Source: Octopus vulgaris
Lineage: Eukaryota
DNA: 64,000 nucleotides
Direction of reading: 5' to 3'
Assembly (NCBI GenBank): GCA_951406725.2
Contig: OX597834.1
Location: forward strand, 16,740,001 to 16,804,000
Below the pieces are notes generated by a model. That model was not told the origin of the DNA. It did not search any database and was given only the letters and a program-made list of their open reading frames with translations. The translations under genes and the position numbers were made by a program. The stretch's first letter is position 1. Every line of letters starts with the position of its first letter. Shown in pieces: positions 45,531 through 57,152 of the stretch.

Positions 45531-45967
45531 AGGTACACTACTGGACCACCCACCTCCAAGGTGTACCTACAGGAGGAACTGAAGTCAGTACTCAGAAGTT
45601 TATGATTAACATGTGTCAGTTTTTTTCATTACATTTCAGTTGCAAAGGAGTAAATGAAATGTCAACCTCTTTGGATAGTAAAGAAGGATGTGTGTGTCAT
45701 CAGCTGTGGACACACGTGTGACTGAGGACTTTAGAATTTTGCTTCACCATCATAGCAACCATGGTTGCAGCTTTGACCTACACTATGTAGCACCTGGAGT
45801 AAGTGTCCTCTAGTTTGGCCACAAGATGACCAATGATTTGTGAGTGAAATTTAGGAGATGGAAATGTAATACCTTGTGGTATTTATTCCACCTGAGCTGC
45901 AAAGAGACTCCCTTGTCACCCACACCAGTAAGAAAGCTTTGGTAAATCAACAATTGACCTGTTTAAA

Positions 45968-46188
45968 CCCTTTAGCATTTAAACCGGCCATATCCGGTCA
46001 AAAATATTCTACCTGTTCTATGGTCAAACTGACCAGATCTGGTCTCTCACACCAACCCTATGATATTGTTTTAAAAATTAACAGCTACCTCATCAAAATC
46101 TCATAGCTACAAGATAAGGCATAATTAATTCAAAACGATTTGGATGAAGAAGCATTAATTTTGGCAGAATAATGCAAACACTGAAGGG
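45968..46188. mobile_element. TTAA-associated CCC...GGG MITE (piggyBac-like)
   Basis: ttaaaccctttagc at the left end and gaagggttaa at the right end. A related partial copy lies near 2996-3140. Confidence 0.5.
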
Positions 46189-46849
46189 TTAACATCTGTA
46201 GCCAATACAAAAAGAATTGATAAATTTCATTGTGAAAATGGAATGGTAGACACTCTACTGTATATTTGGTTATGCCATCATCCAGCGCCCAGTAACTACA
46301 TGGTTTGAGTATCTTCATTGAGCCTGTTAATCGTTTCTGTCTCTAAATGGTGTTTACAATGGCCTTATATTGGTTTCAAATTTTGGCATAAGGCTAGTAA
46401 GTTTAGGGTAGGAGTAAGTCGATCACATCGACCCCAGTGCACAACTGGTACTTATTTTATTAACCCTGAAAAGACGAAAGGCAAAGTCAACCTCAGTGAA
46501 ATTTGAATTCAGAATGTAAGGACGGTTGAAATGCCACTAAGCATTTTGGCATGCTGGCAGCATGCTAACAATTCTGCCAGCTTGCCGTCTGAGTGGACTT
46601 CTATTGGTTTCAAGTTTTAGCACAAGGCCAGCAAGTTCAGGGAAGGGTGAAGTCGATCACATCACCACCCCTCGCCCCCTGCTCAGCTGGTACTTATTTT
46701 ATCAGCCCTGAAAGAATGATAGGCAAAGTGCACCTCAGCAGAATTTGAACATGGACAAAATGCTGGTAAAGCATTTTGCCAAGTGTGCCAATGATTCTGC
46801 CAGCTAGCCACTCAACTTTAGCCTTTTATTAATTGTAAATAAGTACCGC

Positions 46850-46882
<33 letters not shown>

Positions 46883-47503
46883 ATTATCACATCCTGGATG
46901 TACTGCTGAGTTAAGTATGAGAGGACCAAGAAATACAGGCGTATTGCTCACAAATACATAGGCATATAAAACAGTCAGCAAAAGCATGTTAAATGTTGCC
47001 AAGCCATACTCGCTCATGAGTGACAGCCAGATGTATAGGTTCTGTGTTGCTATAAGGGACTATATCCTTGCCTGCAAATTTGGTCCTTTGTGCCTGTATC
47101 AGAATTCAAAAATAATTGCTTTTATAACTCCTTGTAAAAATAAAACTAGAGCCACCACTTGCAAGTGAGCATGACTTGGTTGCATGCATCAATGTTTTTT
47201 CTAATTGTTTTTGTCAAGTTTTGTAATTTGCTTATTTCCTAAGCACAGGTATAGGAACAAGGATCAAATAGCCGTAAGCTGTGAATTTCTATCTTGCCCT
47301 AATGGAAGCACAACCAACAGCAGAATGTATGAGAAGGGATAACAAAATCAACCATGATCCTGTAGCAATGGAATCAATTGTGTGTCTCTGTTTATTTTAA
47401 TTGCAATATACATTTAAAAAAAGGACAAGTTCACATAAAATTCATGCATACCATGTGACTGACAGTTTTTAATTATTTAAACAAATGTACAGCATTTGAT
47501 ATA

Positions 47504-48753
47504 CAGGGTGATTGAAAAGTAACTCCATATTTCAAAATAATTATAATTTATTTATTAACTATGATTTTTAGAAAAAATGAATACATGAAGAATTTTATTT
47601 AAAATTCAATATAGGCACCAGCATTTGCTAACAGCTTCTCAAGCTGCCCGGGAACTGCATCAACAGATTTCATCTGGAACTCTTGTGGGATGGAAGACAT
47701 AATTTCTAGTATTTGCCCTTCAAGTTTGAAGACATAACTTCTTGTATTTGCCCTCCAATCCCAAAGAAAAAAGTTGCAGGGTGTTAAATCAGGGCTTCTG
47801 GCTGGCCAATCATGCAGACCTCAATGACCCATCCATCTCCCAGGGAAGTGGGGATTCAGCCAATGACAAGCAACAATAGTAAAATGTAGAGAAGCACCAT
47901 CTTGCATAAAAATCAAATTTTCAGTGTTCTTTCAAGTACTGGTAACTGGCCAGATTTCACCTTGCAACTTGGTGAGATACCTTTCAGCATTTATGGTATT
48001 GCAAAGGATGAAAGGATCCACAATCCTGTCCAAAGTCATTCCACACCATACTGTTACCTTGGACCAATTCTGCATTTTTTCAGAGGTAATATAAGGATCT
48101 TCTGCCCAGTAGAAGCAACAGTGACAGTTCACATACCCACCAATGTGGAATACCACTTCATTACTCCAGAAGATATGTTTAAAGAGATCAGACCATATTT
48201 GAAGGCCTTCTAAATTTCAAACAAAATAATCAATCTGAAAAAGAAAAAAGCATTAAAGAACATACACAACAAATTCAAGAAAAAAATTATAATTAATAAA
48301 TAAATTATAAGGCATAGGAGAGGCTGTGTGGTAAGTAGCTTGCTTACGAACCAAATGGTTCCAGGTTCAGTCCCACTGCGAGGCACCTTGGGCAAGTGTC
48401 TTCTACTATAGCCTCAGGCCAACCAAAGCCTTGTGAGTGGATTTGGTAGACGGAAACTGAAAGAAGCCCGTCGTATATATGTATATATATATATGTGTAT
48501 GTTTGTGTGTTGTGCTTGTCCCCACACCATCACTTGACAACCGATGCTAGTGTATTTATGTCCACATAACTTAGCGGTTTGGCAAAAGAGACTGATAGAA
48601 TAAGTACTAGGCTTACAAAGAATAAGTCCTGGGGTCGATTTGCTCGACTAAAGGTGGTGCTCCAGCATGGCCACAGTCAAATGACTGAAACAAGTAAATG
48701 AGAATGAGTAAAATAAGCATTTAAAAATAGGACGTTACTTTTCAATCCCCCTG
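47504..48753 (-). mobile_element. Tc1/mariner-superfamily transposon remnant with TIRs
   Basis: TIRs cagggtgattgaaaagtaac / gttacttttcaatccccctg. Minus-strand motifs KVTVWCG, QDGA and WPARSPDLTPCNFFLW. A SINE is inserted at ~48310-48700. Confidence 0.85.
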
Positions 48754-49143
48754 TGTATTCATTAAGAGTTCAAAACACAACAGTTTTATGTGCCTTAGTA
48801 GTCACAAGTGGATACAGACCCCTCTCAGCACTCCTGTCTTTGGCCTTAGTAAGTATCCAGGATACGACAGCTGGAGGGAGGGAGAGAAGTGATGTAGCAC
48901 CAGCACTTGGCTGGTATTCATTTCTGTTTAGTAGATGAAGTAATAGGGAAATAAAGTGCCTTGCTTTGCTCATTTTGGGATGCTACCCAGGTTAGATATT
49001 GAACCCACAATGCCATGATCATGAGCCCAACGTCCTTAACTGCTAGGTTACATGCTTTCACATGGTCTTGTGAATTAACTGTCAAGAGTAAAACGTTAGT
49101 CATGTAAACCTGAGCTGTTGGTGCTAAGTGACTGATGTATTAT

Positions 49144-49770
49144 CTGGATCTTTACCTTTTGACCTACAGATTTAAAAAATAATTTTTTGTAACTAAACAC
49201 TTTCAAACTTCGGACACTGGTAGAATGTGTCATATAAAACATCTGTTACTCTTAGCATTTTTAAGAAAAACTTATATTTACGAAGTTCTTTCATGTTAAA
49301 GTTCTCGTGTTTCGGTAATTTCAACCAATCAATGACGTGTATTCAGCTGAATAAAATTACTGCTGTTGATTGTCAACAACAACTATTGGCGGTGTATTTT
49401 TCGTTTGTCACGGTTATTTATGACATTGTTCGTGAGTTTGTACTGGTTTTAAGGTTTTTGGGTTAGGGTTAAGGTTTTAGGGTTAGGGTTGTCATAGATA
49501 ACAGTGACAAACGAAATATACACCGCCGGAAGTTCTTGTTGACAAACAACAGCAGTAATTTTATTCAGCTGAATACACGTCATTGATTGGTTGAAATTAC
49601 TGAAATATGAGAACTTTAAGGTGAAATTACTTTGTAAATATAAGTTTTTCTCAAAAATGCTAAGAGTAAAACATGTCTTATATGACACATTCTACAAGTG
49701 TCCGAAGTTTGAAAGTGTTTAGTTACAAAAATTTTTTTTTTAATCTGTAGGTCAAAAGGTAAAGATCCTG
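49144..49770. mobile_element. Fold-back MITE with ~300-bp inverted arms and a telomere-like (TTAGGG) centre
   Basis: Ends ggatctttaccttttgacctacagatt / aatctgtaggtcaaaaggtaaagatcc. TTAT flanks both sides (4-bp duplication). gggttagggttaaggttttagggttagggtt at ~49460-49490. Confidence 0.85.
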
Positions 49771-49818
49771 TTATCTTGTAGAGATAGAATAGTACAGTTA
49801 AAAATAGCAGAATCAATT

Positions 49819-50190
49819 GTTAAGTTAAGTTAATTTTTTGGCTCAAAAAGCAAAAGCAAGGCCATGTAGGGGGACATGGAGTTATGTACAGGGAGGGTGT
49901 TCATGCAAAGAGTTCAGGCCATTTCTGGTCAAGAGAGTCTTTGAACCGAGCGGTTGTCGGCATCTCCACTATCTCGTTCGGCAACTTATTCCACGGATCT
50001 GCAACCCGGACGGAGAAAGCCCCTCTCCTTCGATTGAGATGAAATCATCGCAGATAGAGCTTTTCGGGGTGACCCCGCAGCCGACGCTCTGGAGCAGGAG
50101 TGAAGAACAGCTCTTTCGAGAGGTTACACTTTCCGTTTATGATGTTGTGAGCGAGAATGAGATCAGCACAGCGTCATTGTTTTTCTAGAG
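49819..50190 (-). mobile_element. CR1-clade LINE 3' end
   Basis: Minus-strand GHPEKL...FSVRVADPWNKLPNEIV...FKDSLD is the CR1 ORF2 C-terminal pattern. (TTAAC)n tail. Confidence 0.75.
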
Positions 50191-50764
50191 ATAATTGATA
50201 AATCTAATTTGAGAAAATAAAATGGCAGACACCCGTCATCATCGTAGTCATCATCATCATCATCATCATTTAATGTATGTCTTTTAGGCTGACATGGGTT
50301 AGATTGTTCAACACAATGTGACAAGCCAGAGGACTGTGCCCAGATTCAATTCCACTTTAGAATAGTGGATGCCAACTGTATCTTTTATCTTCTACTTGTT
50401 CCAGTCTAATAACTGCAGCCAGGCTGGGGCACCACCTTGAATTTTTACTCAAATAAATTGACCCAAGTACTTATTTTTTTAAGCCTGGTACTTATTCTAT
50501 CGATCTCTTATACCAGACCACTAAGTTATAGGGTGGGGACAAACACAGACAGCAAGACACAGGCACTTAGATATACATACATACATAGATACATACATAC
50601 ATACATACATGTGTGTGTTTGTGGTAAGAAGCTTACTTCTCAACCACATGGTTCGATGTTCAGTCCCACTGCATGGCACCTTGGGCAAGTGTCTTCTACT
50701 ATTGCCTCAGGCTAACCAAGCCTTGTCAGTGGATTTGGTAGACAGAAACTGAAAAGAAGCCCAT

Positions 50765-50805
<41 letters not shown>

Positions 50806-51184
50806 TCATTGTTTAGCATCCGCTTTCCATGCTGGCATGGGTTGGATGGTTTAACTAACCTTTCAAAACTTCTAATAGTGATGTATAACTGTAGTAATAA
50901 CAGTTAGAATAACATATTTATATTTTTTATAAAATATCTATTATCATTTGGTGGTAAATAACACAATTTGGATTACACACAACCTTTATTTTTCAATAAA
51001 ATTATTTGGCAGAAGTTGCAATTAAAGAACAAGATATTATTTTTTTTTTATTTCCTATGAAGATAAATAACATTAATAAACATCAAACCTACATGTATTG
51101 ATCTAAAAGCCATCAAATTCTTCACAATTATCATTATCTGTTTCTCAAAGTTCCTCATACATATCACAAGATTCATCACATATA

Positions 51185-51427
51185 CCTATTTCTTTACTAC
51201 CCACAAGAGGCTAAACATAGAGGGGACAAACAAGGGCAGACACACGGATTAAGTCAATTACATCGACCCCAGTGCGTAACTGGTACTTATTTAATCGACC
51301 CCCGAAAGGATGAAAGGCAAAGTCGACCTCGTCGGAATTTGAACTCAGAACGTAGTGGCAGACCGGTAGACGAAATACCAGTAAGCATTTCGTCTGGTGT
51401 GCCAACGTTTCTGCCAGCTCGCCACCT
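51185..51427 (-). mobile_element. SINE family B
   Basis: Full copy with flanking duplication ttcatcacatatacc. Confidence 0.8.
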
Positions 51428-51429
51428 TC

Positions 51430-53005
51430 ATCACATATACCATCATTGTAAGGATTCTGGTCTGGTTCTGGTGAATCAACTTCATCGTTGCTATTGTCCA
51501 GAATATCATCTTCGGCACCATCCATGGCATTAAAGATACTGCATTTTTTAAATGACGTATATTTGCCATTTAAATATGGCTAGCCCCTAAGGGTGGATGC
51601 TACTGTAGTTTGTAGCCCCAGGAGGACACCTCCTCCAGCTGGCCATAGACACACTTTCTGTGCCCTATCAGTGTTTGCAAAGGGAAGCCATCCTTCCCGT
51701 CTTCAACTTATGATACACATGGACTCGAGTTTCTGGGTATTGACCCATCATCGGCGTGTGACAATCACAGTTGTCGATGAGAAGTAGATTCCCTTCACAA
51801 ACACTTATACTTTTTCCAATATCGATAGACTCGCTCTGAGATTTATTATTGTTTGTTTACACTTTTTCGATATCAGTGTCTATCGATATTGGAAAAAGGT
51901 ATAAGTGTTTGTGAAGGGAATCTACTTCTCATCGACAACTGTGATTGTCACACGCCGATGATGGGTCAATACCCAGAAACTCGAGTCCATGTGTATCATA
52001 AGTTGAAGACGGGAAGGATGGCTTCCCTTTGCAAACACTGATAGGGCACAGAAAGTGTGTCTATGGCCAGCTGGAGGAGGTGTCCTCCTGGGGCTACAAA
52101 CTACAGTAGCATCCACCCTTAGGGGTTAGCCATATTCAAATGGCAAATATACGTTATGATGTGTTGTAGCTACTGTTTATAACTCGCTCTGAGATTTATT
52201 ATTATTTTTTAAATGATTTTATCATATTTTCTAATTTCAACTTTGCCCCATGCCTTTGTAACAAAATCATAGAGAAGATCAAGTGAGGCAGCACGCATAG
52301 CTCCATCGTTTGTAAAAGATTTTTCTCCATTCATTATCCAGTCATTCTGTTGCTCTCTCACATTATCTTTAAATGGTTTGTTTAAACTGACATCAAGTGG
52401 CTCCAGTATAGAAATCAAACCACCAGGAATAACAGCAATATCAGTATTGGTTTTGGATAACCAGGTTTTAGTATTTGCTGTTATGTGGCTACAAAACACA
52501 TCTCAGACCAATAAACTACATTCGTTTCATATGTCACCTGGCCGCCTGTTCTGAATATCTTCAATTCTTAATTTCACATCACTCTCATCCATCCACCCTT
52601 TCTCATGAAAATGAACAAAAACACCCAAAGGAAAATCTATTTGGGGCTTCTTTCTACGTTTGAAAATAACCATGAGTTTTAATTTTGTAGGATAATACCA
52701 CTGTAAACCTCATTTTCTCATATCTCGTGCTTTTAACGTGCACTGTTTTTACTCTTTTCAAATCTACCATTTTGTTACCCAGCATGTCAAAGTTTAATGG
52801 AGTTTCATCCATATTTCCAATATCGGACAATGGAAACTGATGCCTTTTTCTCAGCAGGATGAATTGGTGAAAACTGGTTACTTTGTGATCGAGATTTCTC
52901 AGGAGTTTTGGGGCAGTTTTTGTTTTCTCCCTTATTACCAGATTTTTTTCTGTTCATAAAACGATTGCACCAGCTTACTGTTGCTTTAAAATCTGCAACA
53001 GGTCC
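51430..53005 (-). mobile_element. Decayed pogo/Tigger-family (CENP-B-like DDE_1) transposase
   Basis: Minus-strand peptides FKATVSWCNRFM (HTH_Tnp_Tc5-like), NIGNMDETP, IPGGLISILEPLDVSLNKPFK and SFKKCSIFNAMDGAEDD. Frameshifted and split by the 51556-52203 insertion. Confidence 0.85.
51556..52203 (+). mobile_element. Penelope-like pLTR / retrozyme-like insertion with inverted 5' copy and hammerhead-like core
   Basis: Inverted arms at 51556-51830 and 51878-52153. A 22-bp direct repeat (actcgctctgagatttattatt) at 51829 and 52182. A 13-bp target duplication (attttttaaatga) at 51543-51555 and 52204-52216. Core cCGATGA-tgggt caat accca-GAAACTCGAGTC. Confidence 0.75.
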
Positions 53006-53007
53006 CA

Positions 53008-53765
53008 CTCTGATCTGGCAATGTTTCTACAGCTGGATGCTCTTCCTAACGCCAGCCGCTCTGAGAGTGTAGTAGGTGCTTTTTATGTGCCACTGGCACA
53101 GGGGCCAGGGGGGCTGGCATCGGTCATGATTGGATGATGCTTTTTATGTGCCACTGGCACAGAAGCCAGAAAAGGTGGCGCTGGCATCGGCCATGCATGA
53201 GGGTCACAACTACAATTTCCATTTGATTGCAATTTGATTTGATTTTAATATTGATGTTAATGTTGATATACTTCACTCAATAGGTCTCCTCAAGCACGGC
53301 ATGTCACCCTACAATCCAAGATACTTTGGAGTGGGCTGGTTATGCGACGCTGGTGTAGGTTATAGCGGTGAACTCACTTTACTTGCCAGGTCTTCTCAGT
53401 CACAGCATACCTCCAGAGGTTTCCTTTTGTCATTGCGTCTGTAAGGCCCAACGTTTGAAGATCATGCTTCACCACCTCATCCCATGTCTTCCTGGGTCTC
53501 CCTCTACCCCGGATTCCTTCCACTGTTTGGGAGTGGCACGTCTTCACACAGCTCTCCTCATCCATCCACAGTACATGACCATACCAACGCAAACGTTTCT
53601 CTTGTACACCACATCCGATGCTTCTTATGTTTAACATTTCTCTCAGGACACTGACACTCTATCATGTGTGCACACTAACATTACACATCCAATGGATCAT
53701 GCTAGCTTCATTTCTTTCAAGCCTACGCATGTCTTCAGCACTCATAGAACATATTTCACTTCCAT
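53008..53765 (-). mobile_element. RTE LINE C-terminus plus 3' UTR
   Basis: KRLRWYGHVLWMDEESCVK...GRGRPRKTW is contiguous with the gtgccac/ggcac-repeat UTR and ttctacagctggatg...cttcctaacgcc. This links that abundant repeat family to an RTE LINE. Confidence 0.85.
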
Positions 53766-53876
53766 GAAGGGTATCTAAGAGATACCACCTTGCTAGATAT
53801 AGCAGCCAAAACTTGACTCTAAGAGTCAAGTTTTGGGTGCTATATCTAGCATGGTGGTATCTCTTAGATGATTTTA

Positions 53877-53961
53877 ATATATGTATATATATATATTATT
53901 ATGCATGTATATATATGTATACATCTATTTATGTATATATATGTATACATATATATGTTTG

Positions 53962-53992
<31 letters not shown>

Positions 53993-54079
53993 TTGTATAT
54001 ATCAATATATATATGTTTATATATATATATATGTGTGTATATATATGTGTGTGTGTATATATGTACATATAAGTATGTG

Positions 54080-54119
<40 letters not shown>

Positions 54120-54253
54120 TATATATATGTATGTATATATGTGTATTTATATATATTTATTTATATATATATATGTATATATATATTTATGTATATGTAC
54201 GTATATATATACATATATATTCATATATATATGTACATATATATATATGTATG

Positions 54254-54314
<61 letters not shown>
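53877..54314. repeat. Compound TA/TG microsatellite
   Basis: Direct inspection. Confidence 0.95.
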
Positions 54315-54317
<3 letters not shown>

Positions 54318-54629
54318 ATGTAGGATAAAACTTTTTCGAAAAAAAAAAATTTATCAATGGCCAGCATATCAATGGCCATTTATAAGTTGTTTATATATAT
54401 ACATATATATACGTATATATATGTGCGTACACATATCTTACTTTAAGATTAAAGTTGGCTACGAGATACTCAGCCACCTATCGTATAAGTCAAAGTGCTG
54501 GTCGTCAGCTATCTTAATGGAGAAGTTCCTCATAGTGAAATAATAGACAGGTTTCAGTTTTAACCAACTTATGGCCAAAGGGAAGCAACTCTGTACTGCG
54601 GCTGCCATAATAATAATAATAATAATAAT

Positions 54630-55320
54630 TAATTTGGGTCCTATTAGTCACAAGTGCTAACATAAATCAAAAAAACATGTAAGGACAAACAAAGGACGAA
54701 AAGTACAAAGGGTTTTGCGAAAAAGAAAAGTCCGTGTAAACATTAAAATCACAGTGAAAAATATAACAAGCAAAACTCCCAAAAGGGGGAGGTGCTTTGA
54801 AAGGTTACTCATGGAGAAACCCATAAAAGCCACGGGAGCCTGGTCAAAAAGGCGTAGAGAGCCCCTTCTCCTTTTGTATTCCCTTTCTTTTTTTTTTTTT
54901 TGTACAGGTGTAATCTCAGAAATGGTCCGATCATACTGATCCCTGGCCATTTTACCGACATTCACCCACCTTTTAATAAATTTGCTACGAGACAGCACTT
55001 CCCTCTCTACTTTCATTTTTCTTTTCAAATGGAACTTGAAAAAGTTGATGAGGCCTTGGCCAAAGAGGAAAGTGCCTGACCGTAGCCCTTTCAAACGGGT
55101 CCACCATACCACCTCTTTTGCTACAGCCACCAGACAAAGAAAAATTCCCCAGCCCTCTCGGTTAAAGGAGGTCGGCGGGGCAATCTTCACTAAGGATTCA
55201 GCTGATAGCCGGATCCGTCCTATACGCGACAGTAGCTGTTCGACATAAACCCACAGGTCGGCAATACTCGGGCACTGGACGAATGCATACAGAACGATTT
55301 CGTCGTCCTGAGCACACCTA
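54630..55320 (-). mobile_element. Tx1/L1-clade LINE ORF2 C-terminus and 3' UTR
   Basis: RCAQDDEIVLYAFVQCPSIADLW...KEVVWWTR matches the L1/Tx1 zinc-knuckle region and the downstream W-x2-R motif. T-rich 3' UTR. Confidence 0.7.
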
Positions 55321-55336
55321 TATATATATATCGACT

Positions 55337-55562
55337 GGCGAGCTGGCAGAAACGTTAGCACGCCGGGCGAAATGCGTAGCCGTATTTCGTCTGCCGTTAC
55401 CTTCTGAGTTCAAATTCCGCCAAGGTCGACTTTGCCTTTCATCCTTTCGGGGTCGATAAATTAAGTACCAGTTATGCATTGGGGTCGATGTGATCAACTT
55501 AATCCGTTTGTCTGTCCTTGTTTGTCCCCTCTGTGTTTAGCCCCTTGTGGGTAGTAAAGAAA
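55337..55562 (+). mobile_element. SINE family B
   Basis: Full copy with flanking duplication (ta)n-tcgact. Confidence 0.8.
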
Positions 55563-56309
55563 TATATATATATATATATATCGACTCCAGCATTAATTTA
55601 TTTTTCAAAGATCAGGTCTTTACTTCATTGATTTATTTTGTCAAATCGCTGTCACCGGGATGTAAATAAACCAACATTAGTTGCCAAGTGATGGGAGGTG
55701 GGAGGCAGATTTCTTGCCAAAAGAGAAAGAGCTGGTTTCTAACCTAGATTCAAGGCTCCTTCATTGGAATTTTAATATCAACAGCTGGGTATTTTTGTTT
55801 GTATGTATGTACAGAGAGAAAGCGAGAAAGAATGAGACTATGTGAAAAGTGTGCCACCCGTATCCTCTGATTTTATTACTTCAAAACTTTCAGACAAATG
55901 AATAGCATGGAACAAACTGCCGGCATCAGTTGTTAGTTGTCGGAGCACTGCATCCTTCAAAACTTCTATGCTTTCTGAGATTCGCCAACACTACACCTGA
56001 TTTTCTCCCCTCCATACACACACAAGCATGTATCTGACTCATGCATTGTTCGCTTTCCAGACATTTGTACATTACTGCATATGCTTTATACGCACTTTCT
56101 GACAAGTTGTGGTGCACCTGAGCACTGTATACAATAATTTCATTATTATTTATTATTTTAATGAAATTTTCTACAATTGGAGTAGACTAAAACTATATCT
56201 GAAATACATGAGATGGGGGTGGGATTTATATAAGGTAGCCAAACAGGTAACACCCATATTTTCTTTTACCCAAAAACCAGGAACTTTCCAGCATCCGTAT
56301 ACACTATAC

Positions 56310-56499
56310 CAGTGCTTTTCAACCTTTTTGCTGGAGCGGAACCCCAAGGAAACATTCCACTGGCTCGAGGAATAATTTAATAGTCTTATGCACATATATC
56401 TGCATAGGAGAATTAAAAATTACTGGCGATTTTAGCAGTTTTGTAACTTCTTTCAGAACCCCTGGACTGTACTGGCGGAACCCTGGTTGAAAACCACTG
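56310..56499. mobile_element. Second copy of the same hAT MITE, opposite orientation
   Basis: Reverse-complement match to 7278-7496. Degenerate TSD cactatac/cacaatag. Confidence 0.85.
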
Positions 56500-56891
56500 C
56501 ACAATAGAAGCACTCCGTCGGTTACGACGACGAGGTTTCCAGTTGATCCGATCAACGGAACAGCCTGCTCGTGAAGTTAACGTGTATGTGACTGAGCACT
56601 CCACAGACACTTGCACCCTTAACGTAGTTCTCGGGGATATTCAGCGTGACACAGAGAGTGACAAGGCCGGCCTTTTGAAATACAGGTACAACAGAAACAG
56701 GAAGTAAGAGTGAGAGAAAGTTGTGGTGAAAGAGTACAGCAGGGATCACCACCATCCCCTGCCGGAGCCTCGTGGAGATTTTAGGTGTTTTCGCTCAATA
56801 AACACTCACAACGCCCGGTCGGGGAATCGAAACCGCGATCCTACGACCGCGAGTCCGCTGTTCTAACCACTGGGCCATTGCGCCTCCACAC
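56500..56891 (-). mobile_element. SINE with family C head and a longer body
   Basis: Reverse complement of the tRNA-like head at 56810-56891. Confidence 0.75.
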
Positions 56892-56929
56892 TGCACTATA
56901 CATACACATATACTCGAGAGGGCGTGTAT

Positions 56930-57060
56930 TCCTCATTAGCCAGAAAAGCCGCAAGCTTTCGCTGACTTTTCGAACTGCGCATGTGCAACAGGAATCAATT
57001 CCCGCCTCCGCCTTGAACTAGAACTGGATTCACTTTTCAAAACAATCAGTTTTATTCCGA
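56930..57060 (+). promoter_or_regulatory. CpG-rich putative promoter of the ZNF gene with NRF1/EWG-like site TGCGCATGTGCA (56976-56987)
   Basis: Local CpG enrichment, an NRF1-like motif and a GC-box-like cccgcctccgcc, upstream of the candidate first donor. Confidence 0.45.
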
Positions 57061-57152
57061 AAGCGATCATAATTTACTGACGGAAAAATACTCATATTAA
57101 TATATATGACCACCACCACTGACTCCTTAAGAACAGCTGTAATTCACACGAG

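Noticed and set aside
44317-45532. 377-aa and 402-aa repeat ORFs, or a CRISPR-like array
   Set aside because: The ORFs arise from a 135-bp (multiple of 3) unit and show no recognisable domain. There are no unique spacers and no cas genes, and the context is eukaryotic.
51593-52116. Identical 64-aa ORFs on opposite strands
   Set aside because: A by-product of the inverted repeat, with non-ATG starts and no domain.
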